This document shows, in pieces, positions 39,181-49,706 of a stretch of DNA of 64,000 nt. Origin of the DNA: Patescibacteria group bacterium. GTDB taxonomy: Bacteria > Patescibacteriota > Minisyncoccia > Phycocordibacterales > PALSA-1337. How positions within the stretch are numbered: the first letter of the stretch is position 1; each line of letters starts with the position of its first letter. Made by a program: the position numbers and the translations under genes. The DNA lies in the NCBI GenBank assembly GCA_038065415.1, contig JBBTRA010000003.1, forward strand, positions 9,314 to 73,313, in the 5' to 3' direction. The notes below the pieces were generated by a model. The model did no database searches and had not been told where the DNA came from. It was given only the letters and a program-made list of their open reading frames with translations.

Positions 39181-42100
39181 TTACTCCTCCGATTCGGTCT
39201 CTGTCGGTGCGATTGCATCGATCATAGCGCGCTTCGGCGATCCTTTGTATCCAGAACCTGCTGGAACGAGGCGACCGATGATGACGTTTTCCATGAGACC
39301 AGTAAGGTTGTCCTCTGCACCACGAACTGCATTACCAATGAGCACGCGAGTTGTGTGCTGGAACGAGGCGGCAGAGAGGAATGATTTGCGTGAGAGCGAT
39401 GTCTCGGTGATACCCATTACCAACTTCTCTACCTTGGCCGCAGATCCTCCTGCGTCCTTGGCAGCCGTATTTTCATCAGTGAGATGTGTATCGTCAACGA
39501 TCATACCTTCAGTGAGGTTCGTGTCTCCTGCATCCTTGACGCGGCGGCGGCTGAACATCTGCTTCACAATGAGCTCGATGTGCTTGCGTGACACCGTCTC
39601 TCCCTGGAGCTCGTAGATCTTACCAACTTCGGTAATAACGTACTCCTTGGCACGCTCTTCTCCTCCGAACTCGAAGACCTCATCGATATCAGCCGATCCA
39701 TCCGTGAGGAGATCACCCTTCTTGACCTTGTCGCCAATCTTCACGAAAGCCGTACGGCGATATGGGAAGACATACTCAACTTCCTCAATCTTCTTCTTAC
39801 CCTTGGTATCCTCGATCTCTGGGAGGAGGCGGATAACCTTCTCCTTGCCAATCTCCTTGACCTCGGTCACCACACCGTCGACTGATGCGACGACTGCAGG
39901 GTTCCTTGGACGACGCTTTTCGAAGATCTCTTCGACGCGCGGCAGACCGGCAGTGATATCTCCTGCTGCAGATGCAGCTCCTCCTGCATGGAAGGTACGC
40001 ATCGTAAGCTGAGTTCCTGGTTCACCGATAGCCTGAGCAGCTACTGTACCTACAGCTTCGCCCAGATCGATAAGTTTGTTCTTTCCAAGATCGAGACCAT
40101 AACACTGTGCGCACACTCCACGGATAGTCTTACATGAGAGCGGAGATCGTACGTGGACCGCAGTAGCACCAGACTCTTCAATGACGAGTGCGTCTGCCTT
40201 GGAAAGGAGATGTCCCTTCTCAAAGAGTGTCTTGCCGTCCATACCCTTCAACGTCTCTGCAATGACGCGTCCGCGAATGTTCTTCGACAGAGGGATAGCC
40301 ATACCTGATGCAGTCTGTGTGCGGATGATGATGCTTTCCTTGGTGCCGCAGTCATCCTCTGATACCACGACATCCTGCGCAACCACGAAGAGCTTACGTG
40401 TGAGATATCCTGCCTTAGCCGTGTTGAGAGCCGTGTCGGTGAGACCCTTACGTGATCCGTGGGTAGTAATGAAATATTCAATCGGAGTCAAACCTTCCTT
40501 AGCACAGGAGAGAATCGGGAATTCAATCGTATCTCCGGAAACGGAAGCAATGAGACCCTTCATACCTGCCATGATAGTGATCTGTGAGAGGGATCCGCGA
40601 GCACCTGAGTTGACCATGTCGTAAACTGATCCATTCTTATCGAGAGATGCTGGGATGACCTTCTCTACTTCACTCTTGGCACGCTGCCAGATTTCGATGT
40701 GCTTCCTGATGCGTTCCTCCTCAGTGAGGAGACCCTCCTCGAACTGACCAGTGACACGCTCTGCGTCCACCTTACCCTTCTTGACGATGGCGTACTTCTC
40801 CTGTGGGATCACAATATCGTCGATACCCCAAGTTGTACCGGAGAATGTGGCAAAGCTGAATCCGAATGATTTGATGCGATCAAGAATCGGTGCAACATTA
40901 TTGACACCATGGAGAGTGACCATGTCATCAATGATTGAAGCGATGCGCTTGCGACCTACCTCTTCGTTAATAAATGGATAATCTTCAGGGAGAACATTGT
41001 TGAGAAGGATACGTCCAACCGTAGTCTCAAAGAGGCCTCCGGCGAATTTCGCATACTTCGGAGTGTTTGGCGCGAGCACCTTAACAGCCTCACGGAGTCC
41101 TATATCCTTGAAATTCTGTGCCAAAACTGCAGCCTCAGGAGATTCAAAATACTTCTGTGGCGCCTTGGTATCAGCCTTGTCTATGATCTTGGTGACCCAG
41201 AAACAACCGAGCACGATGTCGAGAAGCTTAGCAACAACTGTAGGATCATTGTTACCTGGCTTCAATATGTTCTTATCAGATGCCATGATTTCCTTGGCTT
41301 CCATCTGAGCTTCTTCAGAAAGCGGGACGTGGACTGCCATCTGGTCACCATCGAAGTCAGCGTTGAAGGCTGTACAGACGAGTGGGTGCACCTGGATAGC
41401 ATTACCCTCGATCAGGATCGGGCGGAATGCCTGAATACCGAGACGATGCAATGTAGGTGCGCGATTGAGGAGCACATACTTGCCCTTGATGACTTCTTCG
41501 AGGATCTCCCAGACTTCCTTGGCACCATCATCGATGAGACGATTTGCTCCGCGAATATTGTACGCAAGTTCTTTCTTGAGGAGACCAGAGATGACGAATG
41601 GACGGAAAAGTTCCAAAGCCATGTGCTTTGGGAGACCACACTGGTCGAGCTTGAGCTCAGGACCAACCACGATCACGGAACGACCAGAATAGTCGACACG
41701 CTTACCGAGGAGGTTCTGGCGGAAGAGACCACGCTTGGACTTGAGACTGTCAGAGAGCGACTTGAGAGCGCGTTTCTGAGCAGCGGCTGCAGCTGCTCCA
41801 GCTGACGAGCTGTGACGGATCGAATTGTCGATGAGAGCATCCACTGCTTCCTGGAGAATGCGCTTCTCATTGCGGAGAATGACTTCTGGAGCGTTGATTT
41901 CCTTGAGCTTCAAAAGACGATTGTTACGGTTGATGACGCGGCGATAGAGGTCGTTAACATCAGATGTTGCATAGCGGCCACCATCGAGCGCGACCATCGG
42001 ACGGATACCAGGTGGGATGACAGGAATGCGGATGAGGAACATCCACTCTGGGCGGAGCTTGGCCTTGATCATCTGCTTGACGAGCGAGAGGCGCTTGGAG

Positions 42101-42861
42101 AGCTTCTCCCTGTCAGCGGCTCCAGCGTTGTCGACATATCCCTCGAGCTCAGTCTTGAGCTTGGCGAGATCGATCTGCTTCAGGAGATCATAGATGACTT
42201 CTGCACCGATACCTGCCTCGAAGAGGGCCCCGTACTTAACTGCATACTTGTGATAGGTGACCTCGTCCATGACCATACCGAGCGCAAGACTCTCAATCTC
42301 CTTGCGAGCATTGACGACAAGCTCCTTGAGAGCCTCCTTCGTCTTATCGTCCTGAGCGGTCTTGAGCTTGCTCTTGTATTCTGCATCGAGCTCCTTAAGG
42401 AATGACTCCTTCTCATGTTCGTTGACCTTGGTGACGATGTAGCCAGCGAAATAGACAACCTTTTCGAGATCTGCAGTCGTCATGCCGAGTATAAGACCGA
42501 TGCGTGACGGAACTGAACGGAGGAACCAGATGTGAGATACAGGCGATGCGAGCTCGATGTGACCCATGCGGTCGCGACGAACTATCGAGCGGGTGATCTC
42601 GACTCCACACTTCTCACAGACGATACCCTTATAGCGGATACCACGATATTTACCACAGTAACACTCATAGTCTCGATCTGGTCCGAAGATGCGTTCGTCG
42701 AAGAGACCGCTCTTCTCTGAACGTTGAGTGCGATAATTGATAGTCTCAGGCTTGGTGATCTCACCGTGAGACCATTCGAGGATCTTGTCAGGCGATGCGA
42801 GCGAAAGCTTCACAGCGTCGAACTGTACCGGGTCCATTGATTTCTTGGTTATGGTAGTCAT
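39181..42861 (-). CDS. rpoC: RNA polymerase beta' subunit
   Basis: NADFDGDQMAVH, Zn-finger CYC..CEKC, GEPGTQLTMRTFH. Confidence 0.99.
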   Translation of the reverse strand: MTTITKKSMDPVQFDAVKLSLASPDKILEWSHGEITKPETINYRTQRSEKSGLFDERIFGPDRDYECYCGKYRGIRYKGIVCEKCGVEITRSIVRRDRMGHIELASPVSHIWFLRSVPSRIGLILGMTTADLEKVVYFAGYIVTKVNEHEKESFLKELDAEYKSKLKTAQDDKTKEALKELVVNARKEIESLALGMVMDEVTYHKYAVKYGALFEAGIGAEVIYDLLKQIDLAKLKTELEGYVDNAGAADREKLSKRLSLVKQMIKAKLRPEWMFLIRIPVIPPGIRPMVALDGGRYATSDVNDLYRRVINRNNRLLKLKEINAPEVILRNEKRILQEAVDALIDNSIRHSSSAGAAAAAAQKRALKSLSDSLKSKRGLFRQNLLGKRVDYSGRSVIVVGPELKLDQCGLPKHMALELFRPFVISGLLKKELAYNIRGANRLIDDGAKEVWEILEEVIKGKYVLLNRAPTLHRLGIQAFRPILIEGNAIQVHPLVCTAFNADFDGDQMAVHVPLSEEAQMEAKEIMASDKNILKPGNNDPTVVAKLLDIVLGCFWVTKIIDKADTKAPQKYFESPEAAVLAQNFKDIGLREAVKVLAPNTPKYAKFAGGLFETTVGRILLNNVLPEDYPFINEEVGRKRIASIIDDMVTLHGVNNVAPILDRIKSFGFSFATFSGTTWGIDDIVIPQEKYAIVKKGKVDAERVTGQFEEGLLTEEERIRKHIEIWQRAKSEVEKVIPASLDKNGSVYDMVNSGARGSLSQITIMAGMKGLIASVSGDTIEFPILSCAKEGLTPIEYFITTHGSRKGLTDTALNTAKAGYLTRKLFVVAQDVVVSEDDCGTKESIIIRTQTASGMAIPLSKNIRGRVIAETLKGMDGKTLFEKGHLLSKADALVIEESGATAVHVRSPLSCKTIRGVCAQCYGLDLGKNKLIDLGEAVGTVAAQAIGEPGTQLTMRTFHAGGAASAAGDITAGLPRVEEIFEKRRPRNPAVVASVDGVVTEVKEIGKEKVIRLLPEIEDTKGKKKIEEVEYVFPYRRTAFVKIGDKVKKGDLLTDGSADIDEVFEFGGEERAKEYVITEVGKIYELQGETVSRKHIELIVKQMFSRRRVKDAGDTNLTEGMIVDDTHLTDENTAAKDAGGSAAKVEKLVMGITETSLSRKSFLSAASFQHTTRVLIGNAVRGAEDNLTGLMENVIIGRLVPAGSGYKGSPKRAMIDAIAPTETESEE

Positions 42862-42873
42862 GATGGTGATGGG

Positions 42874-45800
42874 TTATTCCTCCTGTGCGTGAGGCTTGTT
42901 GGTAAGTTCGACATTGAGAGCCAATCCACGAAGCGTCTTGAGGAGCACATTGAAGGAAGCTGGCAGATTCGGAGCCTTCGGACGCTCACCCTTAACGATG
43001 GCATCGAAGGTCTGGGAACGACCGACGATATCATCCGACTTGACCGTGAGGATCTCGCGGAGCGTATGAGCTGCGCCGTGACCGAGGAGTGCCCAGACTT
43101 CCATTTCTCCGAAACGCTGACCTCCGCCCTGGGCTTTACCGCCAAGAGGCTGTTGCGTGATGAGCGAGTAAGGACCAATAGAACGCATGTGGATCTTGTC
43201 CTCCACCATGTGGTGCAACTTGAGAATATACATGTATCCGACTGCGATAGGCTGTGCAAAGTGTTCACCCGTACGACCATCACGGAGCTTCATCTTACCT
43301 GAAGCATCGTATCCTGCTTTGACGAGCTCTTCCTTGATCTCAGCATCAGTTGCTCCAGCGAATGGAGGGACGATAGCCTGATATCCAAGCTCGCTTGCTG
43401 CGAGTCCGAGGTGGAGCTCGAGAATCTGTCCGAGGTTCATACGAGATGGAACTCCGAGTGGTGTGAGAATCACATCGATTGGACGACCATCATCCATATA
43501 TGGCATATCCTCTTCTGGAAGAATGCGTGAGATAACACCCTTGTTTCCGTGGCGTCCAGCCATCTTGTCACCTACTGAGACATTACGGACCTGGGCGACC
43601 TCGATATAGATCTTCTTGATGATACCTGATTCGAGCTTGTCCCCCTTCTCGCGAGAGAATATCTTGACTGAAATAACGCGGCCGCGCTTGCCGTTCTCCA
43701 TGCGCTTGGAAGTATCCTTAACATCGCGAGCCTTCTCACCGAAAATAGACCTGAGGAGGCGCTCTTCTGGTGTGAGCTGAGTTTCGCCCTTCGGTGAAAT
43801 CTTACCGACGAGGATATCTCCTGGACGAACTTCTGCACCGATGCGGACGATACCTTCTTCGGTGAGGTTCTTGAGCTTTGCTTCACCAACGTTCGGAATA
43901 TCACACGTGGTAACTTCAGGTCCGAGCTTGGTATCGCGCACATTAACTACGAACTCTTCGATATGGATAGAGCTCCACTTGCTGTTCTTGACGACGCGCT
44001 CCGAAAGGATGATAGCGTCTTCGTAGTTATTTCCTGACCATGACATGAACGCCACGAGCGCATTGTGACCGAGAGCTATCTGGCCATTCTCTGATGTAGA
44101 GGTATCAGCAAGCACATCTCCCTTCTTGACCTTGTCTCCGACCGAAACGATCGGGCGCTGATGGAAAGCTGTGAAGCCGTTCGTTCGCGAGAAGAGTACG
44201 AGCTTGTATTCATATTTCTTCCCTTTCTTAGATGCGAAGACAATCTTCTTGGCGTCAACATGGGTGATTTCGCCATCTTCTGGAGCAATGATGAGGCGTC
44301 CGGTATCCAAGACCGCCTTTTTCTCTATGCCAGTAGCGACGAATGGAGCCTCAGGAACGAGACATGGGGTTGCCTGTTTCTGCATGTTCGATCCCATGAG
44401 TGCACGGTTTGCATCATCGTGATTCACAAATGGGATGAGTGAGGTCGCGATAGAGAATGCCTGGTTGCTCGAGACATCGATATAGTCGACATCCTTCTTG
44501 TGAGCCATAGCAGGCTTGCCGTTGATACGAACCTCGATATCATCTACCTGAAGAGCGCCTTTCTCATCAAATGGGGTCGCAGCGTGTGCGATACGGAAGT
44601 TCTCTTCCTCAAGCGCATTCATATAGACGATTTCCTTGGTGATGATGCCATTCTTAACCTTGGCATATGGAGTCTCAATCATGCCGAAGTCATTGATGCG
44701 GGCATACATAGTGAGACGCAATACGAGACCGATGTTCGGACCTTCAGGAGTGTGAATAGGACAAAGACGACCATAGTGAGATGGATGCACATCGCGGACT
44801 TCGAAGCCTGCACGTTCACGCGAAAGACCTCCGGGACCAAGGGCCGTCAGAGTGCGGAGATGCTCGACTTCAGCGAGCACATTCTCCTGCTGCATGAACT
44901 GGGAGAGCTGGTTAGTCGTGAAGAACTCCTTGATACGAGCCTGGAGCGGGCGAGGATAGATGAAAGATACAGGGAGCGTGACATCAGGCTCAACCGTAGA
45001 CATCTTGTCCTGGATATTGCGCTTCATCTGAGTAAGGCCGAGGCGGATGCGCTGTTCGAGAAGCTCACCAACGTATCGAACGCGGCGTGATCCGAGGTGA
45101 TCGATATCGTCAGGCTGGGTATCTGGAGTCGTAGTAAGGGTTACGATGTGTGCAATTGTGCTCGCAACATCATCGAGTGAAAGCGTACGGCGCTCGAGCT
45201 CCTTCTCATCCATCGACTTACCAAAGCGCTTGTTGAAGCGGAAACGTCCAACACGAGAGATATCATAACGATCCTCCTTGAGGAGTGACTGCACGAAGTT
45301 ACGTGCGTTCTCAGCAGTAGCGAGATCTCCATCGCGGAGACGCTTGTGAATCTCCATGTATGCTTCGTCCTTGGTCTTTGCATGGTCCTTAGAGAGAGTC
45401 ATCTCAACAACTTTGACAGCGTCAGGATTGCCTTTGAAGAGGTCCATGATCTTCTCATTTGTCTCTGCGCCCAGAATGCGGAGGAGTGAGGTGACTGGAA
45501 ACTTACGCTTGCGGTCGATACGGCAGTATATAGTACCGTCGGTATCCGTCTCGATTTCCATCCATACACCGCGAGCAGGAATAACCTTGGCACCGAAGTA
45601 GTTCTTGCCCTTTACCTCGTTGCCCGTGAAGAAGATACCAAAGGAACGCGCGAGCTGAGGAGCGATAACACGTTCAACACCGTTGATGATGAAGGTACCA
45701 TGATCCGTCATAAGTGGAATGTCCGCGAGGAACATCTCCTGCTCTTTGACCACATTGAGAGACTTGTTCTTGAGGGTGACTTTGACCTTGATCTGTCCTT

Positions 45801-46053
45801 CGTAGTTGAGCTTGTTATCCTTGGCATAATGCTCGTTGAATTTCGGTAGCATGAGCTCGGGAGAGCCTATTGAAAGCTCGAACTTCTTCTCAGCATAGTC
45901 CTTGATCGGCGAAAACTCGTCGAGCAGGTTCTTGATGCCCTTCTCCACGAGCTGCGTGAAGGAGATGAGCTGAGACTCCACAAGGTGTGGCATCTCAGCG
46001 AGCGGTGCCTGGTATCGGGAAAAATATTTCTTCGGGCGGATGGTGGTGGTCAT
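42874..46053 (-). CDS. rpoB: RNA polymerase beta subunit
   Basis: GDKMAGRHGNKG, RFGEMEVWAL, GFEVRDVH. Start is ATG 46053. Confidence 0.99.
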   Translation of the reverse strand: MTTTIRPKKYFSRYQAPLAEMPHLVESQLISFTQLVEKGIKNLLDEFSPIKDYAEKKFELSIGSPELMLPKFNEHYAKDNKLNYEGQIKVKVTLKNKSLNVVKEQEMFLADIPLMTDHGTFIINGVERVIAPQLARSFGIFFTGNEVKGKNYFGAKVIPARGVWMEIETDTDGTIYCRIDRKRKFPVTSLLRILGAETNEKIMDLFKGNPDAVKVVEMTLSKDHAKTKDEAYMEIHKRLRDGDLATAENARNFVQSLLKEDRYDISRVGRFRFNKRFGKSMDEKELERRTLSLDDVASTIAHIVTLTTTPDTQPDDIDHLGSRRVRYVGELLEQRIRLGLTQMKRNIQDKMSTVEPDVTLPVSFIYPRPLQARIKEFFTTNQLSQFMQQENVLAEVEHLRTLTALGPGGLSRERAGFEVRDVHPSHYGRLCPIHTPEGPNIGLVLRLTMYARINDFGMIETPYAKVKNGIITKEIVYMNALEEENFRIAHAATPFDEKGALQVDDIEVRINGKPAMAHKKDVDYIDVSSNQAFSIATSLIPFVNHDDANRALMGSNMQKQATPCLVPEAPFVATGIEKKAVLDTGRLIIAPEDGEITHVDAKKIVFASKKGKKYEYKLVLFSRTNGFTAFHQRPIVSVGDKVKKGDVLADTSTSENGQIALGHNALVAFMSWSGNNYEDAIILSERVVKNSKWSSIHIEEFVVNVRDTKLGPEVTTCDIPNVGEAKLKNLTEEGIVRIGAEVRPGDILVGKISPKGETQLTPEERLLRSIFGEKARDVKDTSKRMENGKRGRVISVKIFSREKGDKLESGIIKKIYIEVAQVRNVSVGDKMAGRHGNKGVISRILPEEDMPYMDDGRPIDVILTPLGVPSRMNLGQILELHLGLAASELGYQAIVPPFAGATDAEIKEELVKAGYDASGKMKLRDGRTGEHFAQPIAVGYMYILKLHHMVEDKIHMRSIGPYSLITQQPLGGKAQGGGQRFGEMEVWALLGHGAAHTLREILTVKSDDIVGRSQTFDAIVKGERPKAPNLPASFNVLLKTLRGLALNVELTNKPHAQEE

Positions 46054-46279
46054 ATTTTTTATAATATTAGTAAAACTCACGACGGGACCGAACAGCAACA
46101 AACACGCAAAAAGTCCGTTTGTGGATAAACGGGTATTGATTTCACTGCGGGGCTAGCGAGTGATAGACACGAGTAGGATTAATGATGGACCTTTCTAATC
46201 CTCCGCTAAGGCAGAACACAATCTGCGAAGTTGTGTCTACCCTAGCATATACATATAGAATGTCAAGGCTGTGGACAAG

Positions 46280-46975
46280 TTATTTCTTCTTTTTACCCAT
46301 TTTCCACTGATCCATCTTGGCATGGTGTCCACTCAAGAGTATCTTTGGCACCCTATACTTCTTACCCCTGTATTCAATGACTTCCGGTCGTGTATACACA
46401 TCTGGGCTAGCAACGCGCTCCTCTTCTATAGACTGAATATCACCCAAAACTCCAGGAATACGGCGCGTAATGGTATCTATCATGATCATCGCCGCCAACT
46501 CCCCTCCGGTGACAACATATGGTCCGACTGAGATGTCTACCATCGGAAACGCTTTCTTCACACGGGCATCGATACCTTCATAGCGGCCACAGACAAAAAC
46601 AATGTCTGTATATTTCTTAAATGTCTCTGCCATCTCATTGGTAAACTGTTTTCCAGCCGGACTGAAAAACACAATCTTCACTTTTGATTTTGAAGTTTTA
46701 GATTTCATTTTCTTGCCGATAGCTGCTTCAATAGCCTTGATTACCGGCAATGCTTCGATGACCATGCCTGGTCCTCCACCATATGGCCTATCATCAACGC
46801 GACGCTCAGCATAGGTCTGCTTCTTCTTATTCGCAGAAACAGTAAAGTCGCGTGGATTGTAGTATTTGAGAGCAATCAACCCCTTCTCCTGGGCACGCTT
46901 CAAGATAGAAGCGTTGAGGTACGACTCGGTGCTTTCAGGAAAAAGAGTTACAAGATGGTAGGTGGTCATAGGCAT
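46280..46975 (-). CDS. trmD: tRNA (guanine-N1)-methyltransferase
   Basis: VDDRPYGGGPGMV, CGRYEGID, YVVTGGEL, YTRP, LLSGHH. Confidence 0.97.
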   Translation of the reverse strand: MPMTTYHLVTLFPESTESYLNASILKRAQEKGLIALKYYNPRDFTVSANKKKQTYAERRVDDRPYGGGPGMVIEALPVIKAIEAAIGKKMKSKTSKSKVKIVFFSPAGKQFTNEMAETFKKYTDIVFVCGRYEGIDARVKKAFPMVDISVGPYVVTGGELAAMIMIDTITRRIPGVLGDIQSIEEERVASPDVYTRPEVIEYRGKKYRVPKILLSGHHAKMDQWKMGKKKK

Positions 46976-47033
46976 TAACGAAAATCGTGATACTTCAAAG
47001 TACCACGATTTTCAAAAAATGTCACTATCTTTG

Positions 47034-47378
47034 TTACTCGAGCTTGAGATCAGCCATCGCTTCGTCTACAGTCTTTGAATTTGGAGTGACGAGCGGAGTG
47101 GTAGTACCCATACGCTCAGGAGACTTGAGGCCACCTACAGGCTCGTTGATCTTGAGATTGACGCGGGAGTTGTTCTTCATGCCGACGACGCGGAGGAGTG
47201 TGCGGACAGCCTTGGCAGTATTTCCCTGTCGACCGATGATCTTACCCATATCTGCTGCACCAACTTCGAGAGTGAGGAGTACACCCATCTCATCGACTGT
47301 GCGAGTAGTCTTGACCTCTTCTGGATTATCTACGAGGGCTTTGATGACATAGTCGAGGAACTCTTGGTCTTTCTGCAT
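47034..47378 (-). CDS. khpA: KH-domain RNA-binding protein KhpA
   Basis: LVDNPEEV, DMGKIIGRQG.TAKAVR; located between rpsP and trmD. Confidence 0.93.
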   Translation of the reverse strand: MQKDQEFLDYVIKALVDNPEEVKTTRTVDEMGVLLTLEVGAADMGKIIGRQGNTAKAVRTLLRVVGMKNNSRVNLKINEPVGGLKSPERMGTTTPLVTPNSKTVDEAMADLKLE

Positions 47379-47509
47379 ATTCTTAAGTTTAATTCGTAAT
47401 CGTACAGTTCGCTGTACTGTGATAATTATAACCGATGTTCAGAGTTCGAGGCAAATCAAATCCCCGGTTCTCGATAGGATCCCGGGGGTCCGAACCTGTA
47501 TTCGATCTG

Positions 47510-47872
47510 TTACGCTGCTACTGGAGCAGATTCTACAGCAGGAGCTGCGGCTTCAGGAGCCTTTGCAGCTTCGGCAGGAACCTCTTTCTTCTGGACCGTC
47601 TTGAGAGGGAGAGCGTTGATCTTCTTGCCAGCGATAACCTTGTTGGAAACAAGGAAGTTGTGGAGAGTTACAGAAAGCTTGGCACCCTTGGAGATCCAAT
47701 GCTTGATAGCCTCGACTTCGAGCTGTTCAACCTTATTCTTGATGCGGGTATCATACCATCCAAGTATCTTGAGATAGCGACCGCTCTTCGGGCCATTCTT
47801 GGAATCAGTCAAAACCACACGGAACGTTGGTTCGTGTTTGCGTCCAGTGCGCTGTAGGCGGATCATTAACAT
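47510..47872 (-). CDS. rpsP: 30S ribosomal protein S16
   Basis: IRLQRTGRKHEPTFRVV..DS..G..LGWYD..W.SKGA. Confidence 0.97.
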   Translation of the reverse strand: MLMIRLQRTGRKHEPTFRVVLTDSKNGPKSGRYLKILGWYDTRIKNKVEQLEVEAIKHWISKGAKLSVTLHNFLVSNKVIAGKKINALPLKTVQKKEVPAEAAKAPEAAAPAVESAPVAA

Positions 47873-47928
47873 GTGTCGTGAAATACTAGCAGAATAGCCC
47901 AAAAATTGCAATAACCATGATGCGATGA

Positions 47929-49110
47929 TTACTGGTTATTCAATATCTCCTTTACAGCTTTCAATACCCTCTTTATCTCTGCCTTCGTAGTCCATCTTCC
48001 AAAGGAGAACCTAATCGCTGTTGCACTATCAGCACGCATCGCCTTCAAGACATACGACTCTTCCTCATCCCGCAAACACGAGCTCTTGGTCGAGCAGGCG
48101 ATACCGCGTGCATCCAGTTGAAAGAGAAAGAATTCATTATCGATACCGGGTATAGAGACATTCAAGATATGTGGTGCATGTTCAACACTCCTCCCATTGA
48201 AAATGATGCGAGAATCAATTTCTTTCAGTCCGGCAGCCATCATGTCGCTCAGGTCCCGCACCCTGTTCACTTCTGAGGCACTCTTGGTTTCAACTGACCC
48301 CCTCTCTGAGCCCACTATCTCGAGTGCCCGAGCAAACCCTGCGATTGCGGGGATATTCTCTGTACCTGATCTGAGTCCTCCCTCCTGTCCCCCTCCATGT
48401 ACAACAGGTTCAATAGGTGTCCCTCGCTTCACATATAGACAACCTGTACCACGCGGACCATACACCTTGGTACCATCGAGTGTGAGCAAGTCGACACCCA
48501 GTTTTTCCACAAATACTTCCTGATACAAAACCGCCTGCGCAGCATCAGTATGAAACAAAGGATAATTAGCGCTCTTTTCCTGCCTGATTATTTTCGCAAT
48601 CTCTCGGAGAGGCTGTATGACACCTGTCTCATTGTTGACCGCCATAATTGATACGAGAACAGTACTTGATCTGATCGCCTTTCTGAGATCATCGAGTGAT
48701 ACAACCCCTGAATGATCTACAGACAGACGCGTTACTTCACACCCATGCTTCTCCAGCATGGCTACAGTTTCCATGACCGACGAGTGCTCTATGGAAGAAA
48801 CGATGATGTGAGGTTTCTCGATACCCGCCGCGTGCGCGGCTTGCACGACACCTTCCAAGGCCAAACCATTTGCCTCAGTACCACCGCCAGTGAAGATGAT
48901 TTCATCAGGATGAGCATGAATGAAATCAGCAACCTTTTTCCTGCTTTCAGCCAGCACCTTCTTGGCTGCAACACCTTCCGCATACAACGAAGAAGGATTG
49001 GCAAATCTAGGCGATGAGTACTTCACGACCTCCTTGACGACACGAGGGTCAATAGGTGTCATCGATGCATAGTCGAGATAGATGCGGCGCTTGAGTGGAT
49101 TCTTGATCAT
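47929..49110 (-). CDS. iscS: Cysteine desulfurase (IscS/NifS family)
   Basis: IYLDYASMTP, NPSS, IEHSSV, HTDAAQ, K in GTKVYGP, STKSSC. Confidence 0.93.
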   Translation of the reverse strand: MIKNPLKRRIYLDYASMTPIDPRVVKEVVKYSSPRFANPSSLYAEGVAAKKVLAESRKKVADFIHAHPDEIIFTGGGTEANGLALEGVVQAAHAAGIEKPHIIVSSIEHSSVMETVAMLEKHGCEVTRLSVDHSGVVSLDDLRKAIRSSTVLVSIMAVNNETGVIQPLREIAKIIRQEKSANYPLFHTDAAQAVLYQEVFVEKLGVDLLTLDGTKVYGPRGTGCLYVKRGTPIEPVVHGGGQEGGLRSGTENIPAIAGFARALEIVGSERGSVETKSASEVNRVRDLSDMMAAGLKEIDSRIIFNGRSVEHAPHILNVSIPGIDNEFFLFQLDARGIACSTKSSCLRDEEESYVLKAMRADSATAIRFSFGRWTTKAEIKRVLKAVKEILNNQ

Positions 49111-49436
49111 GCGCACATGGTATTTCAAATCCTTGACACAGTCAATATCTATGTTGTCAGAATTTTTACCCCTACAAAAAATCGCCCTGCAGGTATGCGG
49201 ACGATCGTGCGAGATTGTTCAATTTTTCCTCCGTGAATGAAGAGGGTGGTACCGACGTGCACCCTTGGAAGAAGTGCGCGCCTGATCAGATCGTTTTGAT
49301 CGATCCAACCGAGGTTGATGGGACCAGAGCGGCGGACGGATATCTGGAGGGCTGACACTGACGATGGAGTATGCACCGAGGATGAATGCGTACACACGCA
49401 AACAGCCCCCAGTTCCCCCGCAATTGTGATAGAAGG

Positions 49437-49640
49437 TCATGCGAACCTCCACATGAATGAAGGTTGAGGTGCAAAGAACGCTCTGTCGCGACCGGCTCGA
49501 TGAACAGGTGCAGGAGCGGTCGTCAACTGCTCTTCCTCATCCTCGAACAGCTCAGAATCTTCCGGTGGACGAACCTTGATCACACAGAAAAAACCGAGAT
49601 ACCACGTGATCTCAAACCAGCTTTCCTTTGTTGTGTTCAT
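49437..49640 (-). CDS. Possible small hypothetical protein
   Basis: MNTTKESWFEITWYLGFFCVIKV...; promoter-like TTGAAC..TATATT upstream; stop overlaps the next ATG. Confidence 0.35.
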   Translation of the reverse strand: MNTTKESWFEITWYLGFFCVIKVRPPEDSELFEDEEEQLTTAPAPVHRAGRDRAFFAPQPSFMWRFA

Positions 49641-49706
49641 TCTGCACATGAATATACCCTATTGCTCCCCGATGTTCAATCTCAGATTTTCATATATAAT
49701 GTGCCC

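Noticed and set aside
39245-45601. Many long antisense or alternate-frame ORFs over rpoB/rpoC (also over dnaK, typA and valS)
   Set aside because: These are shadow ORFs produced by strong codon bias in highly expressed genes.
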